The notes: generated by a model not told the origin, from the sequence alone. Shown: positions 1 through 14,713, counted from the whole stretch's first letter. The stretch: DNA of 63,911 bases, filler included, from Octopus bimaculoides (GCF_001194135.2; 6 parts of 4 records of this genome joined end to end with filler, not necessarily neighbours in it), one strand, 5' to 3'. Made by a program: numbers and translations.

Positions 1-199
1 TATATATATATATATATATATTCTGTTGTGGTATTAAGCAGAATAATATTATTATTATTGAGTGAAAGAGCAGTGCATGCCATCGAATTCCTCGCCACCA
101 ATTACATTTCCCACCCATGCGCATTTTCCTATTCATCATCGGACACTCAAACGCACACATGCCCAGTCATTACAAAAATATATACACTCACAAGCTCAC

Positions 200-762
200 A
201 CGCTAACACATCCACACACGCACTCTCAACACTACGCACAAACACTCAACTATATTTATGCAAACACACATACACACACACATATACAAACACACATACA
301 TACACACATATTCAAATACACACACATATTCAAACATACATACATACACACACACATATACAAACACACCTACACACACATACAAACACACCTACACACA
401 CACATATATAGACACATACACACACATATAAAAAACACACACATACACACACTCATACACAAACACACATACAAACACCCCCNNNNNNNNNNNNNNNNNN
501 NNNNNNNNNNNNNNNNNNNNNNNNNNNNNNNNNNNNNNNNNNNNNNNNNNNNNNNNAACGTATACGTAGACACACACACAGACATGCGCGCGCGCATTGA
601 TAACCAGATTTCCAAATGTTGCTCGGCAGATATGAAATAGATTGAAAGGTTTGAAGATATTTCTAATTAGGTCACACATACACACATACATATAGCCAAA
701 CACATACATACGCACACAGATCTATACGCCAAACACATACATACGCACACAGATACATGTGC

Positions 763-795
<33 letters not shown>

Positions 796-900
796 AACAT
801 ATACACATGCAAGCGTACATATACCCACACACACAAGCACCGTAAAGCCACTCCACACAAACACACACCTATTTAACCACACACATACACACGTCTCTCT
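200..900. repeat. (CA)n/(TACA)n-rich compound microsatellite
   Basis: Direct reading; interrupted by an N gap; source of the spurious His/Thr-rich ORFs. Confidence 0.95.
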
Positions 901-1121
901 TCTCTGAATCACTCCCTTACCCTCCCCTATTCTATCTTTAACTCCATATTTAATTCCCCCCCCNNNNNNNNNNNNNNNNNNNNNNNNNNNNNNNNNNNNN
1001 NNNNNNNNNNNNNNNNNNNNNNNNNNNNNNNNNNNNNNNNNNNNNNNNNNNNNNNNNNNNNNNCTTTCTTTGCATCCTCATTTAATGCAAGCGTACCATC
1101 ATCCATGCGAATATATATATA

Positions 1122-1515
1122 TTCTATTATTCGTTTTAGTCATTTGACTGCGGTCATGCTGGAGCACCGCCTTTAGTTGAACAAATCGACCCCAGGACTT
1201 ATTCTTTGTAAGCCTAGTACTTATTCTATCGGACACTTTTGCTGAATCGCTAAGTTACGGGGACATAAACACACCACCATTGGTTGTCAAGCGATGTTGG
1301 GGAAACAAACACACAAACATACGCCCGCATACATATAAATACATATATACGACGGGCTTCTTTCAGTTTCTGTCTACCAAATCCACTCACAAGGCTTTGG
1401 TCGGGCCGAGGCTATAGCAGACGACACTTGCCCAAGGTGCCACGCAGTGAGACTGTAGCCGTAACCATGTGGTTGGTAAGCAAGCTACTTACCACACTGT
1501 CACTCCTACGCCTAT
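1122..1515 (-). mobile_element. tRNA-derived SINE family A, near full length
   Basis: Minus strand shows a tRNA-like head with A/B-box-like motifs, a central CCTTGGGCAAG segment and a 3' tail; about ten homologous copies in the window. Confidence 0.9.
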
Positions 1516-1557
<42 letters not shown>

Positions 1558-2497
1558 CTATCTCACTCTGTCTCTTTCTATCTGTATGCCTGTCTCTCCC
1601 TCCCCCTCTCTCTCTTTGATCATCTCCCCCTCCTTCTTTTTCCTTGATCCAGCGTCGTTATCTAATCTAATCTTACTTTGACCTTGGCCCCGTCTATTCC
1701 CCACCCCATCCGTNNNNNNNNNNNNNNNNNNNNNNNNNNNNNNNNNNNNNNNNNNNNNNNNNNNNNNNNNNNNNNNNNNNNNNNNNNNNNNNNNNNNNNN
1801 NNNNNNNNNNNNNNNNNNNNNNNNNNNNNNNNNNNNNNNNNNNNNNNNNNNNNNNNNNNNNNNNNNNNNNNNNNNNNNNNNNNNNNNNNNNNNNNNNNNN
1901 NNNNNNNNNNNNNNNNNNNNNNNNNNNNNNNNNNNNNNNNNNNNNNNNNNNNNNNNNNNNNNNNNNNNNNNNNNNNNNNNNNNNNNNNNNNNNNNNNNNN
2001 NNNNNNNNNNNNNNNNNNNNNNNNNNNNNNNNNNNNNNNNNNNNNNNNNNNNNNNNNNNNNNNNNNNNNNNNNNNNNNNNNNNNNNNNNNNNNNNNNNNN
2101 NNNNNNNNNNNNNNNNNNNNNNNNNNNNNNNNNNNNNNNNNNNNNNNNNNNNNNNNNNNNNNNNNNNNNNNNNNNNNNNNNNNNNNNNNNNNNNNNNNNN
2201 NNNNNNNNNNNNNNNNNNNNNNNNNNNNNNNNNNNNNNNNNNNNNNNNNNNNNNNNNNNNNNNNNNNNNNNNNNNNNNNNNNNNNNNNNNNNNNNNNNNN
2301 NNNNNNNNNNNNNNNNNNNNNNNNNNNNNNNNNNNNNNNNNNNNNNNNNNNNNNNNNNNNNNNNNNNNNNNNNNNNNNNNNNNNNNNNNNNNNNNNNNNN
2401 NNNNNNNNNNNNNNNNNNNNNNNNNNNNNNNNNNNNNNNNNNNNNNNNNNNNNNNNNNNNNNNNNNNNNNNNNNNNNNNNNNNNNNNNNNNNNNNNN

Positions 2498-3050
2498 GAG
2501 TCGGTGTGTATGTGTGTGCGTGTGTGTGAGAGAGAGAAAGAGTGTGTGTGTGAGAAGGGTTGTGTGTTAGTGTGTGTATGAGAGAGTGACTGTGTGTGCG
2601 TGTGTATGTATATCACGAGTCAGCGTGTATGTGTGTGCGTGTGAGAGAGAGCGAAAGAGTGTGCGTGTGTGTGAGAGTGAGAAGGAGTGTGTGAGAGTGT
2701 TTGTATGAGAGAGAGTAGCTATGTGTGTATGAGGGAGTACCTGTGTGTGCGTGTGTATGTATATTACGAGTCAGTGTGTATGTGTGTGCGGGAGAGAGAG
2801 AGAAAGAGAGAGTTGTGTGTGTGTGTGTGTGTGTGAGTGTAAGAAGCTTTGTGTGTAAGTGTTTATGTGCGTTGATTCCGGCAAGATTTGTGAATATGTG
2901 TGGGTGCGTGAGGCTGTCTGTATGAGTGTATGTGTTTGTGTCTGTGTGGCTCTGTGTATATGTGTGTATGTGAGCCTGTATGTGTATTTGTGTGTTTATG
3001 TGTGTCTGTGTGCGTGTTTGTGATAGGTATTTGTCAGCGTATGTGTGAGT
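2498..3050. repeat. (TG)n/(GA)n degenerate microsatellite
   Basis: Direct reading. Confidence 0.9.
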
Positions 3051-3080
3051 AGGATTAGGGTTAGGGTTAGGGTAGCCTAT

Positions 3081-3238
3081 AGGCACAGGTGTGGTTGTAT
3101 GATAAGAAACTTGCTTCCCTACCACAAGGTTCCACGTTCAGTCCCACTGCATGGCGCTTGGGCAAGTGTTTTCTTGAACTGACCAAAGATTTCTGAGTGG
3201 ATTCAGTAGACGGAAACTGAAAGAAAAACGTCACATAT
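3081..3238 (+). mobile_element. SINE family A, 5' portion
   Basis: Head with GTTCAGTCCC B-box-like motif and CTTGGGCAAG; preceded by about three TTAGGG units. Confidence 0.8.
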
Positions 3239-3249
3239 ATATGACCTAT

Positions 3250-3753
3250 TACTCTGTCGCTCTCTCTATCCTTCACTCCTCCTCCTTTGCTCACGTGGTT
3301 CCCACGTGACCATCGGCCATCTTTCATTCGTCTCTAACTTGTGTTTCTTTCTCTCCGTTGTAGATGGAAAAAGGAAGACGTATTCTTGTCTGTCTCCTGT
3401 CCAAGCTTGATTTACGCGTTCGCCACCACAACCACGACCTCGTTTAGACTTAGCAGCCCTTCCTGCTTGCTTTCACTGTCCTGCTTGTGTTACGTATTTT
3501 GCCCCTCCGCAAAATCCCAAATCTTATTTAATTTGCTTTGCGGGAGCAACTGTTTTATCGAAAGCGTATATTGTTGAATGCTTGAAATACGAGATTAGAA
3601 AAAGAGCCGACAACTGATGAAGGGTCGTTCTTTGTGTTGTTTGTCTTGCTTTCCATTTCTGCCTTTCGTTGTTCGAAAAAATAGTTCATATTCATTGTAC
3701 TCGTACTTCGTATATTTTGTTGTACACGTTTCATGACGTCCTGTGCCCACATA

Positions 3754-3760
<7 letters not shown>
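3250..3760. promoter_or_regulatory. CpG-enriched segment with tandem E-boxes and a CRE-like site (candidate promoter or enhancer)
   Basis: CTCACGTGGTTCCCACGTGAC near 3290-3310; TGACGTC near 3734; more CpG than the flanks; no transcript evidence. Confidence 0.25.
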
Positions 3761-3789
<29 letters not shown>

Positions 3790-4372
3790 NNNNNNNNNNN
3801 NNNNNNNNNNNNNNNNNNNNNNNNNNNNNNNNNNNNNNNNNNNNNNNNNNNNNNNNNNNNNNNNNNNNNNNNNNNNNNNNNNNNNNNNNNNNNNNNNNNN
3901 NNNNNNNNNNNNNNNNNNNNNNNNNNNNNNNNNNNNNNNNNNNNNNNNNNNNNNNNNNNNNNNNNNNNNNNNNNNNNNNNNNNNNNNNNNNNNNNNNNNN
4001 NNNNNNNNNNNNNNNNNNNNNNNNNNNNNNNNNNNNNNNNNNNNNNNNNNNNNNNNNNNNNNNNNNNNNNNNNNNNNNNNNNNNNNNNNNNNNNNNNNNN
4101 NNNNNNNNNNNNNNNNNNNNNNNNNNNNNNNNNNNNNNNNNNNNNNNNNNNNNNNNNNNNNNNNNNNNNNNNNNNNNNNNNNNNNNNNNNNNNNNNNNNN
4201 NNNNNNNNNNNNNNNNNNNNNNNNNNNNNNNNNNNNNNNNNNNNNNNNNNNNNNNNNNNNNNNNNNNNNNNNNNNNNNNNNNNNNNNNNNNNNNNNNNNN
4301 NNNNNNNNNNNNNNNNNNNNNNNNNNNNNNNNNNNNNNNNNNNNNNNNNNNNNNNNNNNNNNNNNNNNNNNN

Positions 4373-4429
<57 letters not shown>

Positions 4430-4593
4430 GCATACACACACACACACACACACACATGCACACGCATATATATATATATATATATATATATGTTCCCGAA
4501 AGAAATTCCAACGTTGATTTTCACGTTTTATTTACAATCTTATAAGATAATACAATATAATGAAATGATAGAATATTACATTCCATTCTGATT

Positions 4594-4980
4594 GAATTCT
4601 ATCGGTCGCTTTTGCCGAACTTCTAATCAACGGGGGCGTAAACACACCACAGGTTGTCTCACATACACACACACACATGTATGTATGTATGTATGTATGT
4701 ATGTATGTATGTATGTATGTATGTATGAATGTATGTATGTATGTATGTATGTATGCATGTATGTATGTNNNNNNNNNNACATATATATATATAAATAAAC
4801 ATATTCATATATATACGACGGGCTTCTTTCAGTTTCCGTCTACCAAATCTACTAACAAGGCTTTGGTCGGCACGAGGCTACAGTAGAAGACAGTTGCCCA
4901 CGATACCACACAGTGGGACTGAACCCGGAACCGTGTGATTGAGAAACAAGTTTCTTGATATGCAGCTACACCTGCACCTC
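4594..4980 (-). mobile_element. SINE family A with internal (TATG)n expansion
   Basis: Homology to 1122-1515 on both sides of the microsatellite and short gap. Confidence 0.85.
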
Positions 4981-5329
4981 TATGATCATAAATGTCATTG
5001 CTATTTCTAGCAGGTCGAGCAAACTAGTAAAGGCTTCTGTCTTTATCTTGCTTCGCTTTAGTGAAACTGTTTCAAATTTCGTCTAATGACGAAGCCATTC
5101 GTTGGATCATTAAACGGTTTGTGTTTAGTGAAGGAACAGTTTTTCTTTAATGAGTTTTTAAATGAAGTTTGGCGAATGGTTTATATTTTAAATTCAATTT
5201 TAAAGATTTTCGCTTTCGACTCATTTATGTAAGGAAAATATCGAAATATAGGACAGCATTTAACTAGCATGGCTTTCGAGAAAGTATGGGAATGTAATTG
5301 CTGATACGCTTTGCTGTGATATACACACG

Positions 5330-5688
5330 CATACATGCATACATACACACACACATACATACATACATACATACATACATACATACATACATACATACAT
5401 GCATGCATGCATACATACATACATACATACATACATGCATGCATACATACATATATACATACATACATACATACACACACGCATACATACATACATACAT
5501 ACATACACACATACATACATACACACATACATACATACATGCATGCATGCATACATACATACATACATACGTACGTACATACATACAGACGCATGCCTAT
5601 ACATACGTATGCATACATATATATAATACGCATGCACACATATGTATATCTACATGCATATACACATGCATACATACATCATACATCG
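5330..5688. repeat. (TACA)n microsatellite at the 3' end of a family C SINE
   Basis: Direct reading; abuts the SINE 3' terminus at 5689. Confidence 0.9.
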
Positions 5689-5905
5689 TGGCACTCCGTC
5701 GGTTGCGACGACGAGGGTTCCAGTTGATCCGATCAACGGAACAGCCTGCTCGGGAAATTAACGCGTAAGTGGCTGAGCACTCCACAGACACGTGTACCCT
5801 TAACGTAATTCTCGGGAAGATTCAGCGTGACACAATGTGACAAGGCTGGCCCTTTGAATTACAGGCACAACAGAAACAGGAAGTAAGAGTGAGAGAAAGT
5901 TGTGG
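5689..5905 (-). mobile_element. SINE family C, 3' portion
   Basis: Reverse complement matches the 3' part of 9243-9627, ending CCGACGGAGTGCCACGA. Confidence 0.85.
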
Positions 5906-6039
5906 CGTCTTTACGTCCGTCTTTACGTCTTACGTCTTTACGTTCTGAGTTCAAATTCCTCCAAATTCTACCAGATCTAGGTTACCCACATCACATGTTA
6001 TTTTTTATCACATCCTCACCTAATTTCGTAATTCAGTCG

Positions 6040-6755
6040 TAGTCCTTATCGAAATAAGAAACAGGAACCCACAATATGGTAGAAGCCATAGCCACTCATG
6101 ATAAAAAGGAATACTGGTGGAATGTAGCAGTGAAAACCTCAATAAAATGTAAGCACAACAAACCTGATATAATGATTTGGAATAGAGAAGAGAAACTGTG
6201 GATAGTTGTGGAAATTAGCTGCCCAGCGGATGTTAACATAAAGCTGAAGATCACTGAAAGAGAGAACACCAAGGGTGAACTATTGAGAAATTTGCAATTA
6301 TTCTATCCAGATTACAAGTTCAGGTTTATACCTGTAATTATTGTGGCCCTGTGATATATAACACACTGCCTAGACACCAATCTTGAGAAATTAGACTTCT
6401 CAAAACTAAAAAGGAAAAAGCTAATTCGAAGACAACAGATCCAATCCATCACTGGAACTGTAAAATATCTGTAAAACTTTCCAGAGTTTATAATTCAAAT
6501 ATATATGAGCATGTTTAGATATGTAACTATATGCATGAGAATACATACATAAAAGAAAACATACATACATACACACATTCATACATACATACATACATGC
6601 ATACATACATACATACATACATACATACATACATACAAACAGAAATTCCCTGTTGTTGATGTTGAAATTCTAATGAAGGAGCCTTGGATCTAGGTTAGAA
6701 ACCGGCTCTTTCTCAATCGGCAAGAAATCTTGGAATAAAACTCAATAATGGCATA
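6040..6755 (+). mobile_element. R4/Dong-like (RLE clade) LINE 3' end
   Basis: ORF 6076-6354 has HNKPDI...VEISCPADVN...K, a PD-(D/E)xK restriction-like endonuclease motif; followed by a C-terminal remnant and a (TACA)n-containing 3' region. Confidence 0.8.
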
Positions 6756-8126
6756 TAGACGTAAGCCTATAGATATGCATATACAGATAGATACACATGC
6801 ACGTGCACATATATATATTGCGTACGTATATATATTCCATGCATTCTGCTTTTGCTTTTTACGTCCATTGATTTTATCATTCCCGTTATTATTACCAACA
6901 TCCTCACTATTATCCTCCTCCTCCTCACCATCATCTTCATCATCATCATCATCCTAATCATCGTCATCGTCATTATCGTCGTCGTCGTTTTCGCCGTCAT
7001 CATCGCCGTCATCATCGCCGCCGCCGCCGCCGCCGCTATGCCGTAATCGTGGCTAGCTTCGCCTTCATGACTGGCAGCGACATCTTTAGGTTTGAAAGAA
7101 TTATTTAAATTTCATTTTCTCAAATCTGCCTCATTTCACAATTTTGTAAAGATGTTATTTTAAAAATCATATTCAAAATGACTTTATCTGCCTTCAGAAA
7201 GCTGCTGTTTAATTTAAATATGTGTATCAACTCCACACAACGAGAAAAACAAAAACCAAAAAAAACCCCCAAAAAACCATAAAACTTAATAACACCACCA
7301 CAACCACAACAACAAGGTAAACAACAAGGATATCATAAAAAGAAAAGAACACATTCATTTCGATACAAACTTTGATATATTGAACACAAAGGAATGTCAT
7401 AAAAAATAAGTGAGTGAGGAGGGGTGAGCTTGGAGCGAAAGATCCTACTGAAGAGAAAAGAGTGGGGGGTGGAGAGAAACTGTAGCTTCTGAGATAGATA
7501 TGAGATCAGTGAAAATTATTTTCATTGGTTGTTTTTTTTATGATATGAATAATGCATTGTAAAATAATGCTGGCTTTGTGAAAACGAAAAAGAAATGGAG
7601 AGAGTGTTTCGTTTTGCTGTCGGGCTGTTACTACAGTTTTGCTTCTACACGGCATCATATAATAAAGATAAGTTTCTGGTTAGCAGAACCAGCTTCGAGT
7701 CTTCCTTGTAACCAGGTCAGAGTGTTAAGGTTGAATAAATTCTCAAACTTAAAGACAAACGACACAGAATCTCATTCCACCAAAGGTTTTTAGCTTTTGT
7801 TCCTCAAAAAAGATGAAGTCTATACTCAAAACGAATTCACCTTCTCAACCGGAACCAACAAATATTATTTTCCCTCATCTTCTGTCCACATGACACGTTA
7901 CATCCACAATTCCTGTCTAGGATTTGTGGATCTCAGTGAAGACATCCTCAATGAGGAGGGCATGATTAAAGCTCTTCATATAGATTCACACACACGCATA
8001 TATACACCCATATATGCGTAGACACACACACATACATACACATACATAAATACACACACATATATATATATATACATACATAAATACATACATATATATA
8101 TATGTGAAATTTTATATATATACATA

Positions 8127-8208
<82 letters not shown>

Positions 8209-8276
8209 AAATTTCACTCGAGTCACACTGTTTTTCTTAGCAGTAGATTCATTGGACAATGTAGCCTTCGCTTTGT

Positions 8277-8490
8277 GAGGCGGCGAAATGGCAGAAACGT
8301 TAGCACGCCGGGCGAAATGCTTAGCAGTATTTCGTCTGTCTTTATATTCTGAGTTCAAATTCCGCCGAGCTCGACTTTGCCTTTCGAGGTCGATAAATTA
8401 AATACCAGTTGAGTACTGGGGTCGATCTAATCGACTGGCCCCCTCCCCCAAAATTTCGGTCCTTGTGCTTATAGTAGAAAAGAATTAGTC
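8277..8490 (+). mobile_element. tRNA-derived SINE family B
   Basis: TGGCAGAAACG A-box-like and GAGTTCAAATTCC B-box motifs; homologous copies at 23.9, 45.5, 45.8, 46.7, 47.4 and 59.9-60.1 kb. Confidence 0.85.
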
Positions 8491-9242
8491 CTCGCTTTGA
8501 GAGGGGAACAGACCAAGTGAACCCACTTTTATACTTTCAGAGATGTAGAAGTTTGGAATTTCAGAAGTTTGACTCTGTACGGAGTTTTCTTTCATAGAAT
8601 GTATTGATTGGACAAGGAATAATTTCTGTTAAGTTTTCAGACATTTCCAGATTGGTGCGATTAACGGTGCTAGTGCCTACCAAGGTCAGCATGGGAACGA
8701 AAACCGTAGGCTGGAATGGAAATGTGGTGTTTGCTCCTAACGCTTACAAGAGAGCAGATGACGTTAGAGATACACAAACACCGGATGGGGATGTTACACA
8801 GTGTCTCGCGTATATTTTACCTGATGCTTCTTCCATAAATTTCATTTGTTCTTATCCAATCCAGGTTTCATAATCTAACATAATAACAGAGATTTTCTGC
8901 AAATCATGTTTACTTACCTTACCTGATGAGATGAGATTAAATTCAATAAATCCAATAAAAAACCTGGCTAAGATAAAGAGATTAGCGGTTAGCTAAGCCA
9001 AATTGATACATTGATGATTGGATGGTATAAAATCAATCAACAAACCAATTTGAAATATTCACAAAACAATTTAATTATTGATGAAACACTAACGAGTGAA
9101 TGCAATAAAAATCAAATAGAAAAGAAATTAGTGAAAACCATTTCTTTCAGTTTGAGAGGCAAATCTTTCATCGGTGATATTGTCCAATCAGCGAAGTTAT
9201 TTAGAGAGAAGATAACCGAGTTAATAAATGTAGTGAACCATC

Positions 9243-9627
9243 AGTGGAGGCGCAATGGCCCAGTGGTTAGGGCAGCGGACTCGCGGTCGTAGGAACGCGG
9301 TTTCGATACCCAGACCGGGATTTGTGAGTGTTTATTGAGCGAAAACGCCTAAAGCTCCACGAGGTTCCAGCAGGGGATGGTGGTGAAACTCTGCTGTACT
9401 CTTTCACCTCAACTTTCTCTCACTCTTACTTCCTGTTTCTGTTGCACCTGTATTTCAAAGGGGCCAGATGTGTCACTCTGTGTCACGCTGAATCTCCCCG
9501 AGAACTACGTTAAGGGTACACGTGTCTGTGGAGTGCTCAGCCACTTGCACGTTAATTTCACGAGCAGGCTGTTCTGTTGATCGGATCAACTCGAATCCTC
9601 GTCGTCGTAACCGACGGAGTGCCACGA
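9243..9627 (+). mobile_element. tRNA-derived SINE family C, full length
   Basis: TGGCCCAGTGG A box, GGTTTCGATACC B box; body matches 5689-5905. Confidence 0.85.
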
Positions 9628-10456
9628 GTGAACCATCTATCTGTATNNNNNNNNNNNNNNNNNNNNNNNNNNNNNNNNNNNNNNNNNNNNNNNNNNNNNN
9701 NNNNNNNNTGTATCAAATGGTGATGGTGGTGGTGGTGGTGGTGGTGGTGATAGTGATGATGATGGTGGTGGTGGTGGTGGTGATAGTGATGATGGTGGTG
9801 GTGGTGGTGGTGGTGGTGATGAAGATGATGATGGTGGTGGTGATGATGATGACGACAATGATGATGTTGATGATAGGCTCTGAAACAAACGGTGATTTTC
9901 GATGCTGTGATAGAAGAAAAAGCAAGTATGACCCTGGGGTAAGGTCAGTTTATAATAAAATTACAAATCAATAAACAAAAAGAATGAATTCCGATGTAAG
10001 AAAGATAACAACAACAACAACAACAACAACAGCAGCAGCAGTAACACCAAACAGAATGATTAACTGGAAATACGAAGATGGCGATATTAATTAGAGAGAG
10101 TGTGATGGCAGCGATATCAATAGAGACAGTGATGTTTGGAGATAAGAAAACAGAGAAAGAGAAAGAGAGAAGAATTCCACAAGGAATGTGTGTCTGTGCA
10201 CTCTTAAATGCGGTTCAGAGCAGTGCAGTGGTGACAATATTTCACTTGAGAACATCTGGTTTGACAGCGCAACTCACAACGGTCATAGCAATGGTCGTGT
10301 TTGGAGAACATCTCGTCTGTCAAATAACAACAACGATAGTAATAGTCATGTTTGGAGCGTTCCGTTTGACTGTTCACTATAATGGTCGTAGCGGTTGATT
10401 ATTGAAGCCCTCAGCTTTTGAATAAGCGGCTACTGTGATAGCAATGCCTTCTATCT

Positions 10457-10648
10457 TTTGCTTCTTTCGGTCATTAGACTGCGGCCATGCTGGGGCACCG
10501 CCTTGAAGAATTTTTAGTCCAATGAATCGAAGCCGGTATTTGACCTTTTGTTTCCTACCGGATATTTATTTTATATTTTGCCGAACCGCTAGATTATGGA
10601 GACGTAAGCACCAACACCGGTTGTCAAGTAGTGTGGGAAACAAACGCG

Positions 10649-10689
<41 letters not shown>

Positions 10690-10850
10690 TATGGACTTCT
10701 TTCAGTTTCCGTCTACTAAATCCACTCACAAGGCTTTGGTCGGCCTGAAGGTGTAGTAGAAGACACTTGCCGAAGGTACCACACAGTAGGACTGAACCTG
10801 TGACCATGTGGTTAGGAAGCAAGCTTTTTACCACATAGCCACGCCTGCAC
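10457..10850 (-). mobile_element. SINE family A, near full length
   Basis: Homology to 1122-1515; internal (CA)n. Confidence 0.9.
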
Positions 10851-11588
10851 TTTAGTTGACTTTAAAACGTCCGGTTTGTCAAATAACCAACTCTAGTCAT
10901 ACTAATGTACTACAGCAGGATATGTCGCTTGACAACAATCACGGACAGTTAAGTGTTTTACTACAAAACATCTATCAAAGCAACAAGAGTAATAGTAACA
11001 GATGAATCTTGAACATCTCGTCTTTGATTGGACCAAATTTCCAATCATAGAATTAGGTAATCTTAACTAACAGTGCAATGGTATTAATGTTTGACTCAAG
11101 ACCATCTGGTCTCTCAGTTAAATAACGACAGAATCGGATGAAGAAACCAAAAGCCAACTTACAATTAGAACAATTCACAGGAATTTTCGTTTTGCAGATA
11201 CACACTGACACACACACACACACACGCACGCACACACACACGCACACACACACGCATACACACGCACGCACGCACGCACACGTAACGCCCACATACAGAC
11301 ACACTCTTCCTTTCTCTCAGACACACACGCTTATATAATATACACACTCACACGTACACTCACCCACTCGCTTTTCTACACAAGCTCACACACGTACACA
11401 CACACGGGCACACATTCACTCACACTCTCTCTCATACAGACATACACATTCTCTCACACATACGCACAAGACATGTACCCCCTCTCTGTCTGTCCGTCTG
11501 TCTGTCCGTCTGTCTGTCCGTCTGTCTGTCCGTCTGTCTGTCCGTCTGTCTGTCCGTCTGTCTGTCCGTCTGTCTCTCTCTCTCTCCC

Positions 11589-11633
<45 letters not shown>

Positions 11634-11984
11634 CTATCTGTCTGTCTCTCTTTCCTTCTCTTCGTTTTGAGGAAGCCTCTATGACCGAAGCCTAAATATT
11701 TTTTGTTCTTTTACCACGTGGCCAAGAACATGGATTTGACATAATTACTAAATTACCAATGAAGTAATTAACTCCATGTCAGGTTGCTAACCAAGCTACT
11801 AATTAATGAATTTGCAACATAAATTTGTTTAATTAAATAATTATCGAGTCAGAAAGGGAACATCTTGGCAGATTAGAAATGGTAATAATATCTCACTGAA
11901 ACGACACTTAAAAAAGAAAAGGAAACATTAGATAATGTAGTCCAAGGTGAACTAGGTTAGGAAATAACATGCAGCTAAGTAGCA

Positions 11985-12135
11985 ACAAATCAACAAACCA
12001 GGAGACCAGGCAACCAGGCAACTAGGTAACCAGGCAACCAGCAAACTAGACAACTATGTAACCAGGCAATCAGATAACCGGGCAACCAGGCAACTAGGTA
12101 ACCAGGCAAGCAAGCAACCAGGCAACTATGTAACT
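11985..12135. repeat. Degenerate ACCAGGCAA-based minisatellite
   Basis: Repeated accaggcaa/actaggtaa 9-bp units. Confidence 0.8.
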
Positions 12136-12419
12136 AGTTAATTAATCAAGGATACGAAGTAGTAATCAAATATCCATTAGCATACAACTAATTAAATAGA
12201 AAAATCAATAACCAATAAATCACAACATTGGACAACGATTGATCTGCTAGATACGGCAGCTAAATCTCTCCTCAATCAAAACATGCCATTTAAAAAAGGA
12301 AGGAGACGTTGACAAATAAAACAGTCGATTTATGAAATGGGGTGGTCATGGCTGGAAGGGGAGGAAAAACACGTGTAAACCAAGGGTAAGCAACAACAAC
12401 AATAACAACAACATCAGCA

Positions 12420-12507
12420 ACTATTACTGCTATTAATACTACTACTATACAATATCACTAACAACGGCAACACCAGCAATAGCAAGAAGAAAAAATAAGG
12501 GCACCGC

Positions 12508-12543
<36 letters not shown>

Positions 12544-12595
12544 TAATAATAATAATAAGAAGAAGAATAAGAATAAGAATAAGAATAATAATAAC

Positions 12596-12663
<68 letters not shown>

Positions 12664-13015
12664 TAATAATAATAATAATAATAATAACAATAATAATAAT
12701 AATGATAATAATAATAATAATAATAATAATGATAATAATAATAATAATGAAAATAATAATGATAATAATAATAGTAATAATGAGAGGAAAAAGAAGAAGA
12801 AGACGGGGGAGGAGGAGGGGGAGGAAGGGGAAGAGTAAAAGAAGGAGAAGGTGGAGAAAAGGAAGAAGAAGAAGAAGAAGAAGGGGAAGAGGAGGAGGGG
12901 AGGAGGATGGGGAAGAGGAAAAGAAGAGGAAGAGAAAAGGAAGAAGAAAAATGCGAGAAGGAGAAGGAGAGGAAGAGGAGAAAAAGAAGAAGAAGGCGAA
13001 TAAGAAGACGACGAC

Positions 13016-13047
<32 letters not shown>

Positions 13048-13360
13048 CGAAGAAGAAGAAGAAGAAGAAGAAGAAGAAGAAGAAGAAGAAGAAGAAGAAG
13101 AAGAAGAAGAAGAAGAAGAAGAAGAAGAAGAAGAAGAAGAAGAAGAAGAAGAAGAAAAACAACAACAACAACAACAACAACAACAGCAATAACAAATAGT
13201 AATAACACCAGCAGTCCGACAGAAAGCAGCGGCAGCAACAGTAAAAAGAAGAACAACGCCACCTCCGCCAACGACAACGAAAACAGCTGCAACAACTCTA
13301 AGAACAACAACACAAGAAGCAGTTTCACCAACGAGAACAAGCAACTACAATAACAAGAAC
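12420..13360. repeat. Compound trinucleotide array (AAT)n-(AAG/GAG)n-(GAC)n-(AAG)n-(AAC)n
   Basis: Direct reading; produces homopolymeric ORFs in all frames. Confidence 0.95.
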
Positions 13361-13410
13361 AACAAGAATTTCAGCACGAACCAATCATTCATTGCTTCTG
13401 AACACACACA

Positions 13411-13448
<38 letters not shown>

Positions 13449-13887
13449 CACACAGACGCACAAAGTCATCACCTTATCTGTCGATATTCGCAGAGAATCG
13501 CTCCTCTTTGTTTTGTTATTTTTGTTTTTCGAGTAGAGCACCAAAGAGAAATAAATAAATAAACAAAATATGAAAAAAAAGAAAGAAGTGTTTGGGTAGG
13601 GTGGGGTGGGGTGGCTGGAATGGAAAGAAGACAAAGCGGGAGAATAAGAAGAAAATGATAAACTTGTTGTTTGTTTCGGGGTCGATGGTGGTGACCATTA
13701 GATGACAGATGAATACAAATGATGGACGGAACAAAACACAAATATCGCCATCAGATGTAGTCTCTGTTCTCTCAATGTCGATGTTGTTGTTGTGGTTGCA
13801 ACACTTTGATGTTGGCTCAGAGATACGTCTTGCTGACAATGATTTCGGGCAATACCATGCATTGTGTATGAGTGAACGTGTGGGCGA

Positions 13888-13959
<72 letters not shown>

Positions 13960-14053
13960 GTGCTTTTTGTTGTGTATTTGAGAGCATGTGCGTGAACATG
14001 TGTACGTGTGAGCATAAATATGTTTAGATAAGAATAAATATATATACAAGTAC

Positions 14054-14093
<40 letters not shown>

Positions 14094-14121
14094 TATCTAT
14101 TTCTCCATATATTTCTATTTC

Positions 14122-14167
<46 letters not shown>

Positions 14168-14383
14168 CATATGCACATTCAAAGCCATACACACACACAC
14201 ACACACGCATACATATATGTGTGTATGCGTATGCATGTATGTAAGTATGTATGTATGTATGTACGCACGTATGTATATGTGTATATGCAATTATACACAT
14301 ATATTCATATATCAAATTTGATTTTTTATTCATGACATATACTTTACTACTCGTATGTGTCAATCTCTCTCTCATACACACGT

Positions 14384-14419
<36 letters not shown>

Positions 14420-14682
14420 GCTCTCTCTCTCTCTCTCCCTGTTAAGATTATATATATGTGTATGTGTGTGTCTGTTTGTGTGTATTCCATGCAAAGGCAC
14501 AAACACACAACTATTTTTATTGTAAAAACATTGCTTATATCTATTTGTGAATATATGCGACTTTATACTTAGGCGTTTGTATACATGTAATCTCTATTGT
14601 CTCTCTCCCACACGGTGTCTTTTACAAAGAATACATGTATAGATAGATATATTTCTATCTATCTATCTATCTATCTAACTTT

Positions 14683-14713
<31 letters not shown>

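Noticed and set aside
10200-11030. Recurrent AACATCTCGTCTGTCAAATAAC-like motif that could suggest a repeat-spacer array
   Set aside because: Spacing is irregular and units are degenerate; this is eukaryotic low-complexity or minisatellite decay, not CRISPR
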